A program made the position numbers and the translations under genes. A DNA stretch of 64,000 nt from Candidatus Multivoradales bacterium (GTDB lineage Bacteria > Acidobacteriota > Thermoanaerobaculia > Multivoradales > J023), in contig CBDFLE010000005.1 of NCBI GenBank assembly GCA_965248925.1, positions 1,280,001-1,344,000 on the forward strand, given 5' to 3'. Of this stretch, positions 38,641 to 50,014 are shown piece by piece. The stretch's first letter is position 1; each line of letters opens with the position of its first letter. The notes under the pieces are model-generated. The model saw only the letters and a program-made list of their open reading frames with translations. It was not told the origin of the DNA and ran no database searches.

Positions 38641-40080
38641 TGAAACCGCTCGCCGGCACCCGCCTGGCCCAGAGCCTGACGAGCGGCAGCGAAATCTCCT
38701 TCAGCGGCGCGTAGCAGACCGATCTCCAGGTGTGCCCGAGCGTTGGCCGGGTCGAGCGCCAACACTGCCGCCGCCCGCTGCTCCGCCAGCGCCAGCTCCC
38801 CCAGGCGCTGCTCCGACTCGGCCAAGCCGGCCAAGGCATCGAGGTCGCCAGGGCGGGCTTCAAGGTAGCGCTCGAAATAGCCGCGGGCAGCGGCGTAACG
38901 ACTCTCGTGATTGAGCGCCAGGGCCAGCGGCAAGAAAGCATCGATATAGTCCGGGGCGAGCCGCACCGCCAGCAGCAGCGCCTCCGAGGCCTCTCCCATC
39001 TTGCCCCGCAGGCGCCAAACCCGACCGAGCAGATAGCGGTACTCGGCCACTTCGGGATGCATCCTGACCAGCCAGCACCAGGGCAAGATCGCGGGCGAGG
39101 GCACCGAGCAACGCCGCCCGGCGCAGGTGGTAGATCGCCTGCTGCCGCCGTCCATCACGCCAGAAAAGGCGGGCCAGGGTCTGATGTGCAGCGCCCGGCT
39201 CAGGCCGCGTCGAGACCGCCTTCAGCAATTGCACCTCGGCCTCGGCAAGGCGCCCCTGCTGGGCTAGCAAGCGCCCGACAAGGACCCGAGCGGCGCTGCC
39301 GGCCGGGCCTCCCAGATGGCTTTGCAGCTCGCTAGCGGCGGCTTCGAGGTCTTGATCTTCGATCAGCTCGAGGGCGGCACGCAATGACTCCGGTTCGCTG
39401 GCCAGCAGGGCCACCGGGTCGAGCACCGGCGGTGCCACCCGCCGCCGCGGCCGGGCAGCTTCGAGGTCGAGCTTGCCAAGAGGCTCGCCAACCCCGGCCA
39501 GGGGCTCGAAATCGACCCGGCCACTGAGTGCCGCCGGATCAATCTGGCGTAGCCGATCGAGTTGGGCAACCAGCTCATCCTGGCGGTTTGCCGCCCACAG
39601 GGATTCGGCAAAGTAGCGCTAGGCGATCGCCGAGAGGGCGTCTTCGCTGGCGGTGAGCCGCAGCTCCCGCAACGGCTGCTCGACCTCACCCAGCCGTAGC
39701 TCGACCAGCGCCAGCGCGATGCGCGCCCGGCTGAGATCGACCGCTGCGGCATTGCGAGCCGGTTCGAGATGCTGTTTGGCGGCTGCCAGATCGCCCTTGG
39801 CAACTTCGATCAAGCCGAGCAGGTAGAAGGCCTCGCGGGCCGCTGCCCGATAGTGGCTGGCGGCGATCCGTGGCTCACCTTGGGCAACCGCGGTCTCGGC
39901 TTCGAGGAGCTCCCACTCAAGGGCGGCGGTCGAGGCAGCGTCATCCTCACCTTGGACGATGCTCGCCGCGGCGACCAAGGCGACCCCCATCACCATCCCT
40001 GCCATCACGGCGATGGGTCGGGGCACACCGCCGGAGGGACCGCCCGTGTGGTGGGTCATCGTTGGCAAAGTGGCGGCCAC
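38637..40080 (-). pseudogene. Disrupted secreted TPR-repeat protein
   Basis: Signal-like N-terminus and TPR motifs spread over three ORF pieces. In-frame TAG at 39619-39621 and a frame break near 39060. Confidence 0.75.
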
Positions 40081-40093
40081 AGCAGCGGTTCAC

Positions 40094-40834
40094 TCACCGT
40101 AGATTCCCGGCGGTGTAAAGCCCTCGCCGACCAGCTGCCAACGTTCTTCTTCGTCGTGCTGCCAGACCGCCTGAATCGGCTCGCTGGAAGACTTCCGGGC
40201 GCCACCGGATATCTATCTCAGCGCCGACCTGCTCAGCCAGCTCCGGCCAGGCGGTCATCAGGCCGGTGCGGGGCTCGCGCGCCGCCCCAAGGGTCGGATG
40301 GACCACTAGACTGGCTGCATAAGACAGCTGCCAGGCACCCGCCTCATCTACTGTCCACAGGTGCAGATAGTGACCTTCGGTGACCTCTGGATCGGGCATT
40401 GCGGGACGGTGAAAGCTGGTGCGCACCGCGCCGATGGCCCAGCGGAACTCCCCCGAACCTGCCAGCTGGATCCGCAGCGCTTCGGCTTCGTAGCGAAAGT
40501 CGAACTAGTCATCGAAAAGGGGCTTCCAGATCGACATTACCGCCAGCCGGCCGGCATGTAGTTCACCGGCCAAGAACACTGAATCCTAGGCTAGGAGGTG
40601 GCGAAAGCCCGCCCGGTCTCGCTGCCGAGCCACTCGGTTGAAGCCCTGCTCGGCCGCTTCGAGACCGGCCTGGCGGGCCGCCAGATCTAGCTCATGCGAA
40701 GGTTGGTTGGGCGCTGGTGTTGGTGGGTCGGCAGACAGAGGAAGGGCGGCTGCTAGCCACACCAGACAGCCGAGCCAAACGCCCGTTGACAGCGACCTGT
40801 GATGCTGGTTGTTCAAGGTCGCAGGGCCAGCCAT
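40094..40834 (-). pseudogene. Disrupted exported SnoaL/NTF2-like (DUF4440-type) protein
   Basis: One continuous frame broken by TAG at 40586-40588 and 40505-40507. Motifs AAEQGF....QRD..GF and GHYLHLW....G.WQL. Confidence 0.65.
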
Positions 40835-40900
40835 TGGGATCCTCCAACGGACGAGCCCGCGACGGTCGCCGCGGGCTCTGCGTAGCTGCTCTCGACCAGC

Positions 40901-42626
40901 CTAGCATTTGTTGGTGCACAGTGGGAACGGCTCGTTGGGACCGCTGTAGTGGTCGATCCGCCAACGGTAGGTGCCGCTGGAGCCGTTGTAGCCGTTGACC
41001 GACTCGTCGCAGCCGGCGCTGGTCGAAGAGGCCACCACCGAGAACGAGCAGCCGAACCAACCGCTGCAACTCTCCTTGTCGAGGTAGAGGTCGAGGTCGG
41101 CATTGCCGTTGGTACACACCAGCTCACCGGTGAACGAGCCGCTCGCCGAGCAGTTCGGGGTCACCAGATCGGAGCCACCGGTGGTTGCGGTACCGGTCCA
41201 GATGTTGGTGCCGGTACAGGAGCCACCACCACCGCCACCACCGCCGGTGCTCGGGTCGAGCCACTGCTCGACCGAGGAGAAAGTCGCGGCGAAGGCACCG
41301 TCGACCGTGTGATCATCGCTGTCGCAGGTCGTCGACGGGGTGGCGCCGCAAGCACCGAAGAGCTGACCGACCACCTGGTTGCTGGAGTTGACCACCGGCG
41401 AGCCCGAGCTACCACCCTCGGTATCCGCCAAGGTCGCGTCGCTGTAGATGAAGTTACCGCGCGGCAACGTTCCACAAGTGCCTGCCGTGGTGTTGACCGA
41501 CTGCTCGCTGTAGGCCTGCGGCGAACCCGACGGGTGGCTCACCCGGAACAGGTTGGTGCCCGAGGAGTTGGCCACCGCGGTGGTGGTCCAGCCGAGGAAG
41601 GTGCTGCCGGCCGGCGCCGCCTGGCTGAGCTCGACAAAGGTGAAGTCGGAACTCGAGTTGGTAGCTAAGAGGGTAGAACCGTTGGCGCGCGGCACCGAGC
41701 CCGGCGGGCTGAACTGAGAGCCGCAGCTGGAGCCACAGCCGACCGACCACTGGAAGTAGGCCTCCAGGCTCGAGGCCGAAGTCTGGTTGCTGAAGCAGTG
41801 GTTGGCGGTCAGCAGGTAGGGATCGCCCGAGCTGTCGGTGGTGTTGAGCAAACCGCCGGTGCAGATGAAGCTGCCGCCGCCCGACGAGAAGATCAGGTAG
41901 GCGACACCATTGCGCAACGGCTGGATGGCGCTCGGAATGGAGGCGCAGGAAGCGTTGGTGATGCAGCTGTCATTCCAGCTGCAGAAAGCCTTCTGCGGGT
42001 TGTAGCCAAACTCGTAGCGATCGCCCAGGTGGGCGAGCTCACTGACCCGGAGCAGCTCCTCGCTGGCCTGCCGCTCGCCGAGCGGCAGATGCAGCTGCAG
42101 GACGATCTCGTCGCGGCGACGGTGTTGGTCCACAGATCCTGCTGCTGACCTGCATAGGGACCGAAGGCGTGGCCGTGACGGCCGAAGACATAAAGCTCGG
42201 CGCCCTTCGGCAACGCAACGTCCTCGAGATGTAGGCGGACACCGGTGGCTTCGGCGGAACGGAAAGTGCCACTCCACACCATCTTGCCGTCGGCGAAGGT
42301 AGCAGAGCCCAGCGGCTGCGCCTTGACGCTGGCATCGAAGGTGAATCCGACCTCGGCATTGACACCGACCCACAGCGGTCCACCATTGGACTTGGAGCTA
42401 GCCAGCTCGGCGAGCTTCTCGGCCCCGACCTGAACTTGGTAGGCGGCCTTCTCGGCACCTTCGAAAGAGCTGAGCCAAGCGGGTAAGGCCGCGGTCTCCG
42501 CAACCCGGGCGGCGATGTCCTTTTCGGCGCCCGGAGTGTAAGGCATCACCTCGGCGGCGAGCACCGGGCGGCGATCAGCAGGAGGCCCAGCAGGGCGAGA
42601 GCACTGCGAAGGGTAGACTTCTGCAT
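40901..42626 (-). pseudogene. Frameshifted secreted lysyl-endopeptidase-like serine protease
   Basis: GAGGAG RBS then signal peptide MQKSTLRSALALLGLLLIAA. Frame shifts near 42570 and 42115. Catalytic region intact (CTGGLL, LTANHC, SDF, TEGGSSGSP), then a Gly linker and C-terminal module. Confidence 0.8.
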
Positions 42627-43210
42627 TGACGAACTCCTCATAGTTGACCGGCAAAGCGGTCGTTCAAATAGGCCCAATCCGTACTACCGAGGCCGGCAGA
42701 GTTGGCGGATCCCGCATCCGAATCGTCGGAGTCGGGAGATTGCCGCCAAGGGCTTGAGGAGCCCTCTCACGTCTTGGCAGTCCATCAAACTGGACACCGA
42801 TCGCGCGCTGGCTACCCCACGTCAAAGGCTAGAACTGGCGGCGAAAACCCTCAACGGGTGTTTCGACTAGCAAAAGAGCCAAAATATCCGACCGCATAAC
42901 GCTCACGCAAATCTCGCGCCAGCGCCGGGTCGATGTTGGATTTGCGATCCGCGGGGGGTCTCTTTGTTAGAACAGAAATCCCTACCTGAAATCTGACAAT
43001 GGCCCATTTTGTGGGCTCTCTTCTTCTCAACCCTAATCAGGGAATATTCTCAAGGTTGAGAATACGGCCCTCAGCTTCCGCGGCGGAAGCATGAGCCCTG
43101 AGCTGATAGCTTGCAGCTCCCCAACCTTGGCGCACCTGCTGAGAAAGACGGGCAAATCGAAGGCCCTTCTAGGCCGATCTTCGCGGCCTGCGCAAGCTCT
43201 CTCTCTCTCT

Positions 43211-43271
43211 CAGTAGAAGCCGTTCTCAAACAGGTTTGCAAACTAGCTCAATAGCGGCTCGTCGCCCTCTT
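43211..43271 (+). repeat. 61-bp direct repeat, copy 2
   Basis: Matches 37963..38023 and is preceded by a short (CT)n tract. Confidence 0.85.
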
Positions 43272-43471
43272 GGTGCTTTCTCCAGTTTCGCCAACGAGGC
43301 GGTGCGCGATCCTCAGCTCTACCAGACTTCTACATCGGTGCCCATGCCGCGGTTCGCGGCCAGGCAATCTTGACCCGCGATGTAGCCCGGTTTCGGACCT
43401 ATTGTCTAACCCTCGAAGTCATCGGCCCCTAGCCTCTTGGCGGCGAAGAAGGGACTCCGAAGGCCAGTGGT

Positions 43472-44287
43472 TCAGCCTTCGCCGGTCGCTGCCCGAGCTT
43501 GGCCGACCATTTCGACCAACTCCCAGCGCGCTCCTGCGGCGTCGACAACGGGCTGGGCAAAGTTGATCCGGACCCCCCGCGGCTTTCCTGCGCAAAGCAA
43601 ACGGGCGTGGAAGCCTAGGCGATCGACAGCGGTCATGTTGGCTTGCTCGACAGTCAAAGTGAGCTGGTGCTCGGCGATCTGGCGCAGCCCTTCGCCGTGG
43701 TCGGTGTTCATATGCTCGACGATCCGAGCCGCCGACTCGGCCAGCGGATCGGGCTGGGCGCTGAGGTAGTCGTCGCCATCGACCCACCCCATGACGCCGA
43801 AACCGCCGACGAAGTAGACTTGCTGCACCCGGAGTCGGTAGAAAGCAAAGTCAGCGTAGTCGACCCAATATGAAGCGCTGGGATGGGCCTGCAAATAGCT
43901 GGCGCGAACCGCTGCGAGATCGTCCGCCGCCACTTCTTCGGCTTCGGCCAGCAAGGTGACCCGACCCAGCCCCAGCGGGTCTCGATCTTCGCTGGACTGA
44001 CTGACGAGCAAGCTGGCTCGCGGGTCGAGCCGCAAGTTCTGGGTATGCATCGCCATCGCGCTGATCAGCAGCAAGGGCTGGCCACGAGGGTCGATGGCAA
44101 AGGGAGTCAACGAGCCGAACGGCCAACCTGGACGATGCTTCGATTGACTCGACAGGGTACCGAGGTCGCCGAGCTGCACCAGTGTTCGGGCTCGCTCGGC
44201 ATGGCTGGGCTCCGGCGGACCGGGGGGCGCCGGGTGACGAGGACCGGCGTGGGCTGAGCGCTGGCGTTGAGAATTCTGATCGGACAT
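43472..44287 (-). CDS. HugZ-like pyridoxamine 5'-phosphate oxidase family protein with DUF2470-type C-terminus
   Basis: GWPFGS, ISAMAMHTQNL..DPRASL, FVGGFG.MGW, HMNTDH and DRLGF motifs. Confidence 0.85.
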   Translation of the reverse strand: MSDQNSQRQRSAHAGPRHPAPPGPPEPSHAERARTLVQLGDLGTLSSQSKHRPGWPFGSLTPFAIDPRGQPLLLISAMAMHTQNLRLDPRASLLVSQSSEDRDPLGLGRVTLLAEAEEVAADDLAAVRASYLQAHPSASYWVDYADFAFYRLRVQQVYFVGGFGVMGWVDGDDYLSAQPDPLAESAARIVEHMNTDHGEGLRQIAEHQLTLTVEQANMTAVDRLGFHARLLCAGKPRGVRINFAQPVVDAAGARWELVEMVGQARAATGEG

Positions 44288-44555
44288 AGGTAACCTCTGC
44301 ACAAAACTAGCCGCCAATGAAACCGATATCGACTCCGCGGGGTAGGGGTTGCCATCACACCTGATAGACTGCCACCACATCCTAGCTGATCGTTCAATGA
44401 GTCAAGAGAAAGATCCCCATCGCTCGCTGCTGGCCGAGTTCGGCCGCCGTCGGGTGCCGCAGTTAGTCGGGCTCTACCGAGGAATCTCCTGGGGCTTGAT
44501 CTAATTTGTCGACTGGCTGGTCGACAGCTTCGGCCTGTCGCCACACCTCAGCCAG

Positions 44556-45089
44556 ATGACCTTTTTCGCCACCTTCTCCATCGCCTCCGATCTGACTTTC
44601 GGCAGCCGGCTCACCCTGCACTTGGGTTCGAAGATGGAGGTGCGGCTGCTGGGCTTCGTCGCCCACACTCGCGGCGATACGGTGATCCACCTGCCGCGGC
44701 AAGGGATCTTGGCGACCGGCGATCTACTCGGCGAGCTGCCCTATGCCGGCCACGGCTACCCCAGCCAATGGAGTATCGCCCTCGACACCCTCGAGACGCT
44801 GGAATTCGACACCGTGGTACCCGGCCACGGACCGGTGCTGCCCGGCAAGCGGCGCCTGCGACGAGTGCGCGAACTGCTGATCAGCGCCCGGCGCCAGGCG
44901 CAAGCGGCGGTGGCTAGCGGGCTTGTGGGTCAGCGGGCTCAGGAGGCGATCGATCTCGAGCGCTTCCGCCACTCGCTGACCGGCGGCGAGCCGGTGGCCG
45001 AGCGCAACTTCGATCACTTCATCCTCGCCTTGGCCGAACGCGCTCTGGCCGAGGCTCGAGGCGAGATCGACCGCGGCGAACCCAACTAA
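44556..45089 (+). pseudogene. Metallo-beta-lactamase-fold hydrolase, N-terminally truncated
   Basis: AHTRGD, ATGDL and VPGHG present. HxHxDH motif and N-terminal half absent. Confidence 0.7.
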
Positions 45090-45226
45090 AGTCAGGTTCA
45101 TCGCCTGACTCTAGCCAGGTTTACACTACTGGCCATCGGCCACCTGTTTCCGGACTTTCGGCGGCGGCAGCAGCCACCACCACTGAGGCAGACTTGGGAA
45201 AACCAACTACCCGGAGATCCCAAGCT

Positions 45227-47584
45227 ATGCGAACCAAATGCCTATACTTCGCCCTCCTGGTCGGCCTGCTGTGCGGCGTCGCTGCGCTGCAGGCCGAGAC
45301 CGCGGCAACCCCTCTCAGATCGACCAATATCGACCTGCTGGAGGACGGCGAGCGTCTGGTCGTGGTCAACCGTGAGCACAACAGCCTGACGCTGCTACGG
45401 GTACGCTCCGGAGGACGAGACCGCTTTGTCAAAATCGGCGAAGTTGCAGTGGGCCATGATCCGCGCTACCTCTGCGTGCGCCCTGGCCATCCCGAGGTTT
45501 GGGTTTCCAACTCAGCCAGCGGCACTTTGACCCGAGTCAATCTGCAAGGCCGCCCCAGGGTCAGCGGTGAGTTCGTGGTCGGCAGCGAGCCGCGGGGCTG
45601 CGCCTTCACTCCCAACGGCAAGTTCCTGCTGGTCGCCTTGCACACCGAGGGCCGGGTGGTTGTGGTCGAGGCTGACTCGGGCAATGTGGTGCTCGACGCC
45701 GAAGTCGGCGGCCAGCCCGAAGCGGTCGCCATTACCAACGATGGCGATCTCGACGATCTCGACGAATGGGCCTTCGTCACCCGTTTCTTCTCAGAACCGA
45801 TCGCCGGCGGTCCCGGTGAAGGCTTCGACACCGGCCGTCAAGGGGTGGTCCATGCCTTTCCCGTCGCCACCTGCAATGTTACCGATGTCACTCTGGCGCC
45901 GGCGCTTTCCGGTTTCACCGCCGATCGCACGGCTTTCTGCTCGCAGTTCAACGCCGCCGCCCACAGCGACATCTTCTGTCCCGATCCGGCGGAGGCCGAT
46001 GCCAACAGCGACACCATTCTCAAAGATCCCCAGTCGGCCTTCCCCAACCAGCTGCATCAGCTGATCTTGCGCGGCGGTCGCGCCTACGTGCTCAACACCG
46101 CCGCCCAACCCGCGCCGCCGGTCAAGTTCAACACCAATGTGCAAGCCTTCGTCTCCGTGGTCGACATCGAGACGCTGAGTGAGGATCCCGCGGCGCTGAC
46201 CAAGCTCAACAATCAGATCAAGACCGAAGCCCAACCAGCCGATCCCATTGGCAGCACCGATCGGCTCTTCGCCAATGACGTGGTCGCCATCGATGCAAGC
46301 GCTAACGGCCAAGACTTTCTGCTCATCAGCCGCGGCGGCAACTATCTCTTGCGCGCCCAACGGCTGGCTGGCGGGGGACTCGGCATAGGTGCTCCGGACA
46401 ATGTGACGCGCATCGCCACCGGCAACATCCCGACTGGCGTGGTGGCCAGCAGCGACTGGAGCCGGGCCTACGTCAACAACGAAGTCAGCGGCTCGGTGAG
46501 CGTTATCGACCTCGATAGCAACGAGGAACTGGCCAAGGTACCGACAGCCACTGTACCGCCGCCGGGCACCCCCGCCCATCGCGCCCTGGTGGGTAAACTC
46601 GCCTTCTACACCGCTCTCGGCCTCGGCAACCAGGACTTGCTCTCCACCTCGGTGCGCGATCTCGATCCCTTGCAACATCGCAACAAGGCATCGGACAATG
46701 GCTGGAGTTCATGCTCTTCGTGTCATCCCGATGGCCTCAGTGACGCCGTCACTTGGACCTTCCCCACCGGCCCGCGCCAGACGCTACCGATGGAAGCCTC
46801 TTGGGGCAACACACCGGGCGACCAACGCATCTTCAATTGGAGTGGAGTGCGCTCGAACGTGCGCGATTTCAACAACAACTCCCGTGGCGTCCAGGGCGGC
46901 GAGGGCTTCGCCGACAACCCTGGTTCGATCTTCAATCACGGTGTGTCGCACGACTTGAGCGACGCTCTCGACATGATGACCTTCTGGCTCCAGACCCGGC
47001 TCCGCACTCTCAATCAGCCGGCTCAGCCGGCAGAGCAAGCCGAGTCCGTGGCGGCTGGCCGCACCGTCTTCGCTGGCGCTTGTGCCTCCTGCCACGGTGG
47101 CGACAAGTTCACCAAGAGCAGCCGGACCTTCCGCGACAATCCCACATTTGACGGCAACCCCCTGGCTGGCGGCCAAGTACTCGATACCGGACTGGCTAGT
47201 GCCGGGCCGCAGCTGCTCTCCTTCGAACTCAACGGCAACCTGCTGACCTTCCTAGAAGGTGTCGGCACCTTCGACCCGAGCGATCCAGGCGAGATCCGTG
47301 GCGCTGGCGCCGCGGGTATCACCGCCCTCGGCGGGCTCGGCTTCAATCCTCCCTCGCTGCGCGGGCTCAGTTCCTCCCAGCCCTACCTGCACAATGGCGC
47401 TGCGGAAACCGTCGACGCGGTGTTTGCTCTGCACCGCCTACCGGCCAACGGCGATCAGACCATCGCCGAAGCTCTGACCGCTGCGCAACAAGCGGACCTC
47501 CTGCGCTTCCTAGCAGCCCTCGACGGGCGCACCTCACCAGTGGCCTCAGAGGCTGATATCTTCCGTGACGATCTGACCCCTTAA
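45227..47584 (+). CDS. Secreted YVTN-type beta-propeller / di-heme cytochrome c fusion
   Basis: Signal peptide, propeller repeats (VGHDPR, VGSEPRG, TGNIPTG), two heme motifs CSSCH and CASCH, and PSLRGL...PYLHNG. Confidence 0.85.
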   Translation: MRTKCLYFALLVGLLCGVAALQAETAATPLRSTNIDLLEDGERLVVVNREHNSLTLLRVRSGGRDRFVKIGEVAVGHDPRYLCVRPGHPEVWVSNSASGTLTRVNLQGRPRVSGEFVVGSEPRGCAFTPNGKFLLVALHTEGRVVVVEADSGNVVLDAEVGGQPEAVAITNDGDLDDLDEWAFVTRFFSEPIAGGPGEGFDTGRQGVVHAFPVATCNVTDVTLAPALSGFTADRTAFCSQFNAAAHSDIFCPDPAEADANSDTILKDPQSAFPNQLHQLILRGGRAYVLNTAAQPAPPVKFNTNVQAFVSVVDIETLSEDPAALTKLNNQIKTEAQPADPIGSTDRLFANDVVAIDASANGQDFLLISRGGNYLLRAQRLAGGGLGIGAPDNVTRIATGNIPTGVVASSDWSRAYVNNEVSGSVSVIDLDSNEELAKVPTATVPPPGTPAHRALVGKLAFYTALGLGNQDLLSTSVRDLDPLQHRNKASDNGWSSCSSCHPDGLSDAVTWTFPTGPRQTLPMEASWGNTPGDQRIFNWSGVRSNVRDFNNNSRGVQGGEGFADNPGSIFNHGVSHDLSDALDMMTFWLQTRLRTLNQPAQPAEQAESVAAGRTVFAGACASCHGGDKFTKSSRTFRDNPTFDGNPLAGGQVLDTGLASAGPQLLSFELNGNLLTFLEGVGTFDPSDPGEIRGAGAAGITALGGLGFNPPSLRGLSSSQPYLHNGAAETVDAVFALHRLPANGDQTIAEALTAAQQADLLRFLAALDGRTSPVASEADIFRDDLTP

Positions 47585-47618
47585 GCAGCAAGGGCGGTTA
47601 GTTCGCCAATGTTTGCAG

Positions 47619-47655
47619 ATGGCGCCTCGGCAATGATCGAGGCGCCATTTGTTTT
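47619..47655 (+). terminator. Rho-independent terminator
   Basis: 11-bp stem atggcgcctcg/cgaggcgccat followed by ttgtttt. Confidence 0.75.
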
Positions 47656-48004
47656 GAGCCAATCGGCAAAGACATTGCGCGTTCCCTTATGCAGTTCTGA
47701 GACTTCGACAGCGACAGGCCACTCGCACTACGAAAAACACCCGAGGAGAGCTAGATCACGCATGCTTAGCCGGTCTACAGGACAACCGCCATTCTTCTCC
47801 TGCTCGGGATCCTCCTGCTCACCTCTACCACACCAGCCAGCACCGCTAGCAGCGCCGTCAGGCGAGGCCCAAAAGAGTGTGAGATTTGGCGGACGGCTTC
47901 TTCGTCCGGCTTCCCGATCCAACGCTGTTGTCAATGGACGGCTTTGAATCCGCTGACTCAAGCCGCTGGGACGGCAGCAACCCCTGACTTCTAGCCAGTG
48001 AATC

Positions 48005-49777
48005 TCAGGGTTCGAGGATCATCTCCGGCGGTAGCTCCAAGACTCCTGGGCCGGAACCCACCAGGCCGAGGCGCTGGGCCAGCCGCACCGCTGGCTGTAA
48101 GTCTTCGAGCACCCGGGCCAGGGCGATGGCGGTGGTTTGGCTGCTGCTCGGCGACTCGTCAAAGATCAGCTGCCAAGTGGTCTTGGGGCGCGGAAATAGC
48201 CGCAGATGGACATCCTCTTCAGCACCGATCCCCGCCTCCTGGCGAGCCAGCTCAAGAGCTTTGGGAAAGCCGCCGAGGGCATCGACAAGGCCGACCGCCA
48301 GCGCATCTTGTCCGGTCCAAACCCGACCCCTGGCGATCTCCCGCACCGTCTCGAGCGGCAGCTGGCGACCCGCCGCCACTTTGCCGGTGAAGTCTTCGTA
48401 GACCCGGTCGAGCCAGGCTTGGAAGCGCTCCCACTCACCTTCGTCGTAGTCGCGGGAGGCACTGTAGATATCTGCATTGGCGCTCGATTCGACGGCATCG
48501 AAGGAAATGCCGACTTTCTGCCACAGCCCAGCGGTCAACATCTTGCCGCCGAGCACCCCGATCGAACCAGTTATAGTGCCGGGTTGGGCGACGATCTTGG
48601 CCGCGTCCATCGACACGAAGTAGCCCCCCGAGGCGGCGACGTTGCCCATCGTCACCACCACCGGCTTGCCGGCGTCGCGAGCACGGATGGTCTCGCGCCA
48701 GATCGAGTCGGAGGCGACGTAGGAACCGCCCGGACTATCTACCCGGAAAACGATGGCCCGCACGTCTTCGTCTTCGACCGCGGCGCGTAGGTTGGCAGCC
48801 ACGGCATCCGCCGCCATGGTCATGCTGCCATTCAGCGGGTCGTAGCTCTTGCTCCCTCGCGCTACCCCGCCGACACCGTAGACCAAGGCGATGACTTCGC
48901 CCTCCGCGTAGGGCCGGCCGGCGCGCTCCAGGTAGGCATCCAGGAACAGCAACTCAGCACCCTCGCCGGCTTCGTCGAGAACCCGCGAGTAGACCTCGTC
49001 GCGGTAGGCCAAGCCATCGACCAGGCCAACGTCGACGGCCTCCTGGCCCAGATAGGGACCGCGGTCGATCAGCTCTCGCAAGCTCTCTTCTTCGAGCTCC
49101 CGAGCGGCAGCTATATGCTGCACCATCTGGCCAAAAATCGAGTCCATCAGCGCTTGCATGGCCTCGCGGAAGGCGGGCGTGAACTCGGTGTCGGTGAACG
49201 AATTCATCGCGTTCTTGTACTCGTGGCGCTGATCCATACGCGGCTCGATACCGAGTTTGTCGAGGGTGCCGCGAAAGAACTGTGCTTCGAGAAACAAGCC
49301 GGTGAGGTTGACATCGCCGGAAGGCTGCAAGTAGATCTGGTCGAAGGCCGAAGCCAAGTAGTAGCTGCCGTTGCCAGGGCTGAACTCGCCAAAGGTCTCG
49401 GAAAATGCCACCGCCTTCTTGCCCGCGGCGCGGAAGGTGCCAATGGCGTCGCGAACTTCCTGCAATTGGGCGATGCCGAAGCCATTGTTACCCACCTTGG
49501 CGAGCAAACCGACCACCCGATCGTCTTCAGCGGCGCGCACCAGCGCCTCAACCAAATCTCGCACTACCGGCGTGCTCTCCATGGTCAGCTGGGCAAAGGG
49601 GTCTTGGGGGATGTACTCCACCGCCCCCCGTTCGAGGTCGACCTCGAGGACCACCCGCGCCGGGACTTTCTTGCCCCCGAAGCCACCGGTGGCGCCCCAC
49701 ACGGCCAGCAACAGAACGCCGATCACCACGAGGACTATGACAGTGAACAGCAGAAAGAGGAGGTTTCGCTTTTTCAT
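48005..49777 (-). CDS. sppA: Signal peptide peptidase (protease IV), long form
   Basis: YYLASA, EYKNA, RVDSPGGS, AASGGY, TGSIGV and GRVWTG motifs. Confidence 0.93.
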   Translation of the reverse strand: MKKRNLLFLLFTVIVLVVIGVLLLAVWGATGGFGGKKVPARVVLEVDLERGAVEYIPQDPFAQLTMESTPVVRDLVEALVRAAEDDRVVGLLAKVGNNGFGIAQLQEVRDAIGTFRAAGKKAVAFSETFGEFSPGNGSYYLASAFDQIYLQPSGDVNLTGLFLEAQFFRGTLDKLGIEPRMDQRHEYKNAMNSFTDTEFTPAFREAMQALMDSIFGQMVQHIAAARELEEESLRELIDRGPYLGQEAVDVGLVDGLAYRDEVYSRVLDEAGEGAELLFLDAYLERAGRPYAEGEVIALVYGVGGVARGSKSYDPLNGSMTMAADAVAANLRAAVEDEDVRAIVFRVDSPGGSYVASDSIWRETIRARDAGKPVVVTMGNVAASGGYFVSMDAAKIVAQPGTITGSIGVLGGKMLTAGLWQKVGISFDAVESSANADIYSASRDYDEGEWERFQAWLDRVYEDFTGKVAAGRQLPLETVREIARGRVWTGQDALAVGLVDALGGFPKALELARQEAGIGAEEDVHLRLFPRPKTTWQLIFDESPSSSQTTAIALARVLEDLQPAVRLAQRLGLVGSGPGVLELPPEMILEP

Positions 49778-50014
49778 CGCTGGTATTCTCCAGTTCTAGA
49801 GTGGACATCTTGCAGGTCGAGCAGCGGCTTGGTGCGGGCGGATTCGCGGACGCCCGATAGTGCCTATTCGCCGCCAGATGCCAAGGGCGATTGGATCGGT
49901 CGCAGTTTCCTCGATCAGGAGAGCAGCGCATCTTAGCAGCACTTCTGGGACAGGAGCCATGGCAGCCGCGGTTCACACCTAGGATTACGTACCGAGCTGG
50001 GGAGCTATTCTGAA

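Noticed and set aside
39619-40588. Amber (TAG) recoding or pyrrolysine in the TPR and SnoaL-like genes
   Set aside because: Many intact genes here end in TAG, and the same block also has frameshifts, so decay is the simpler explanation.
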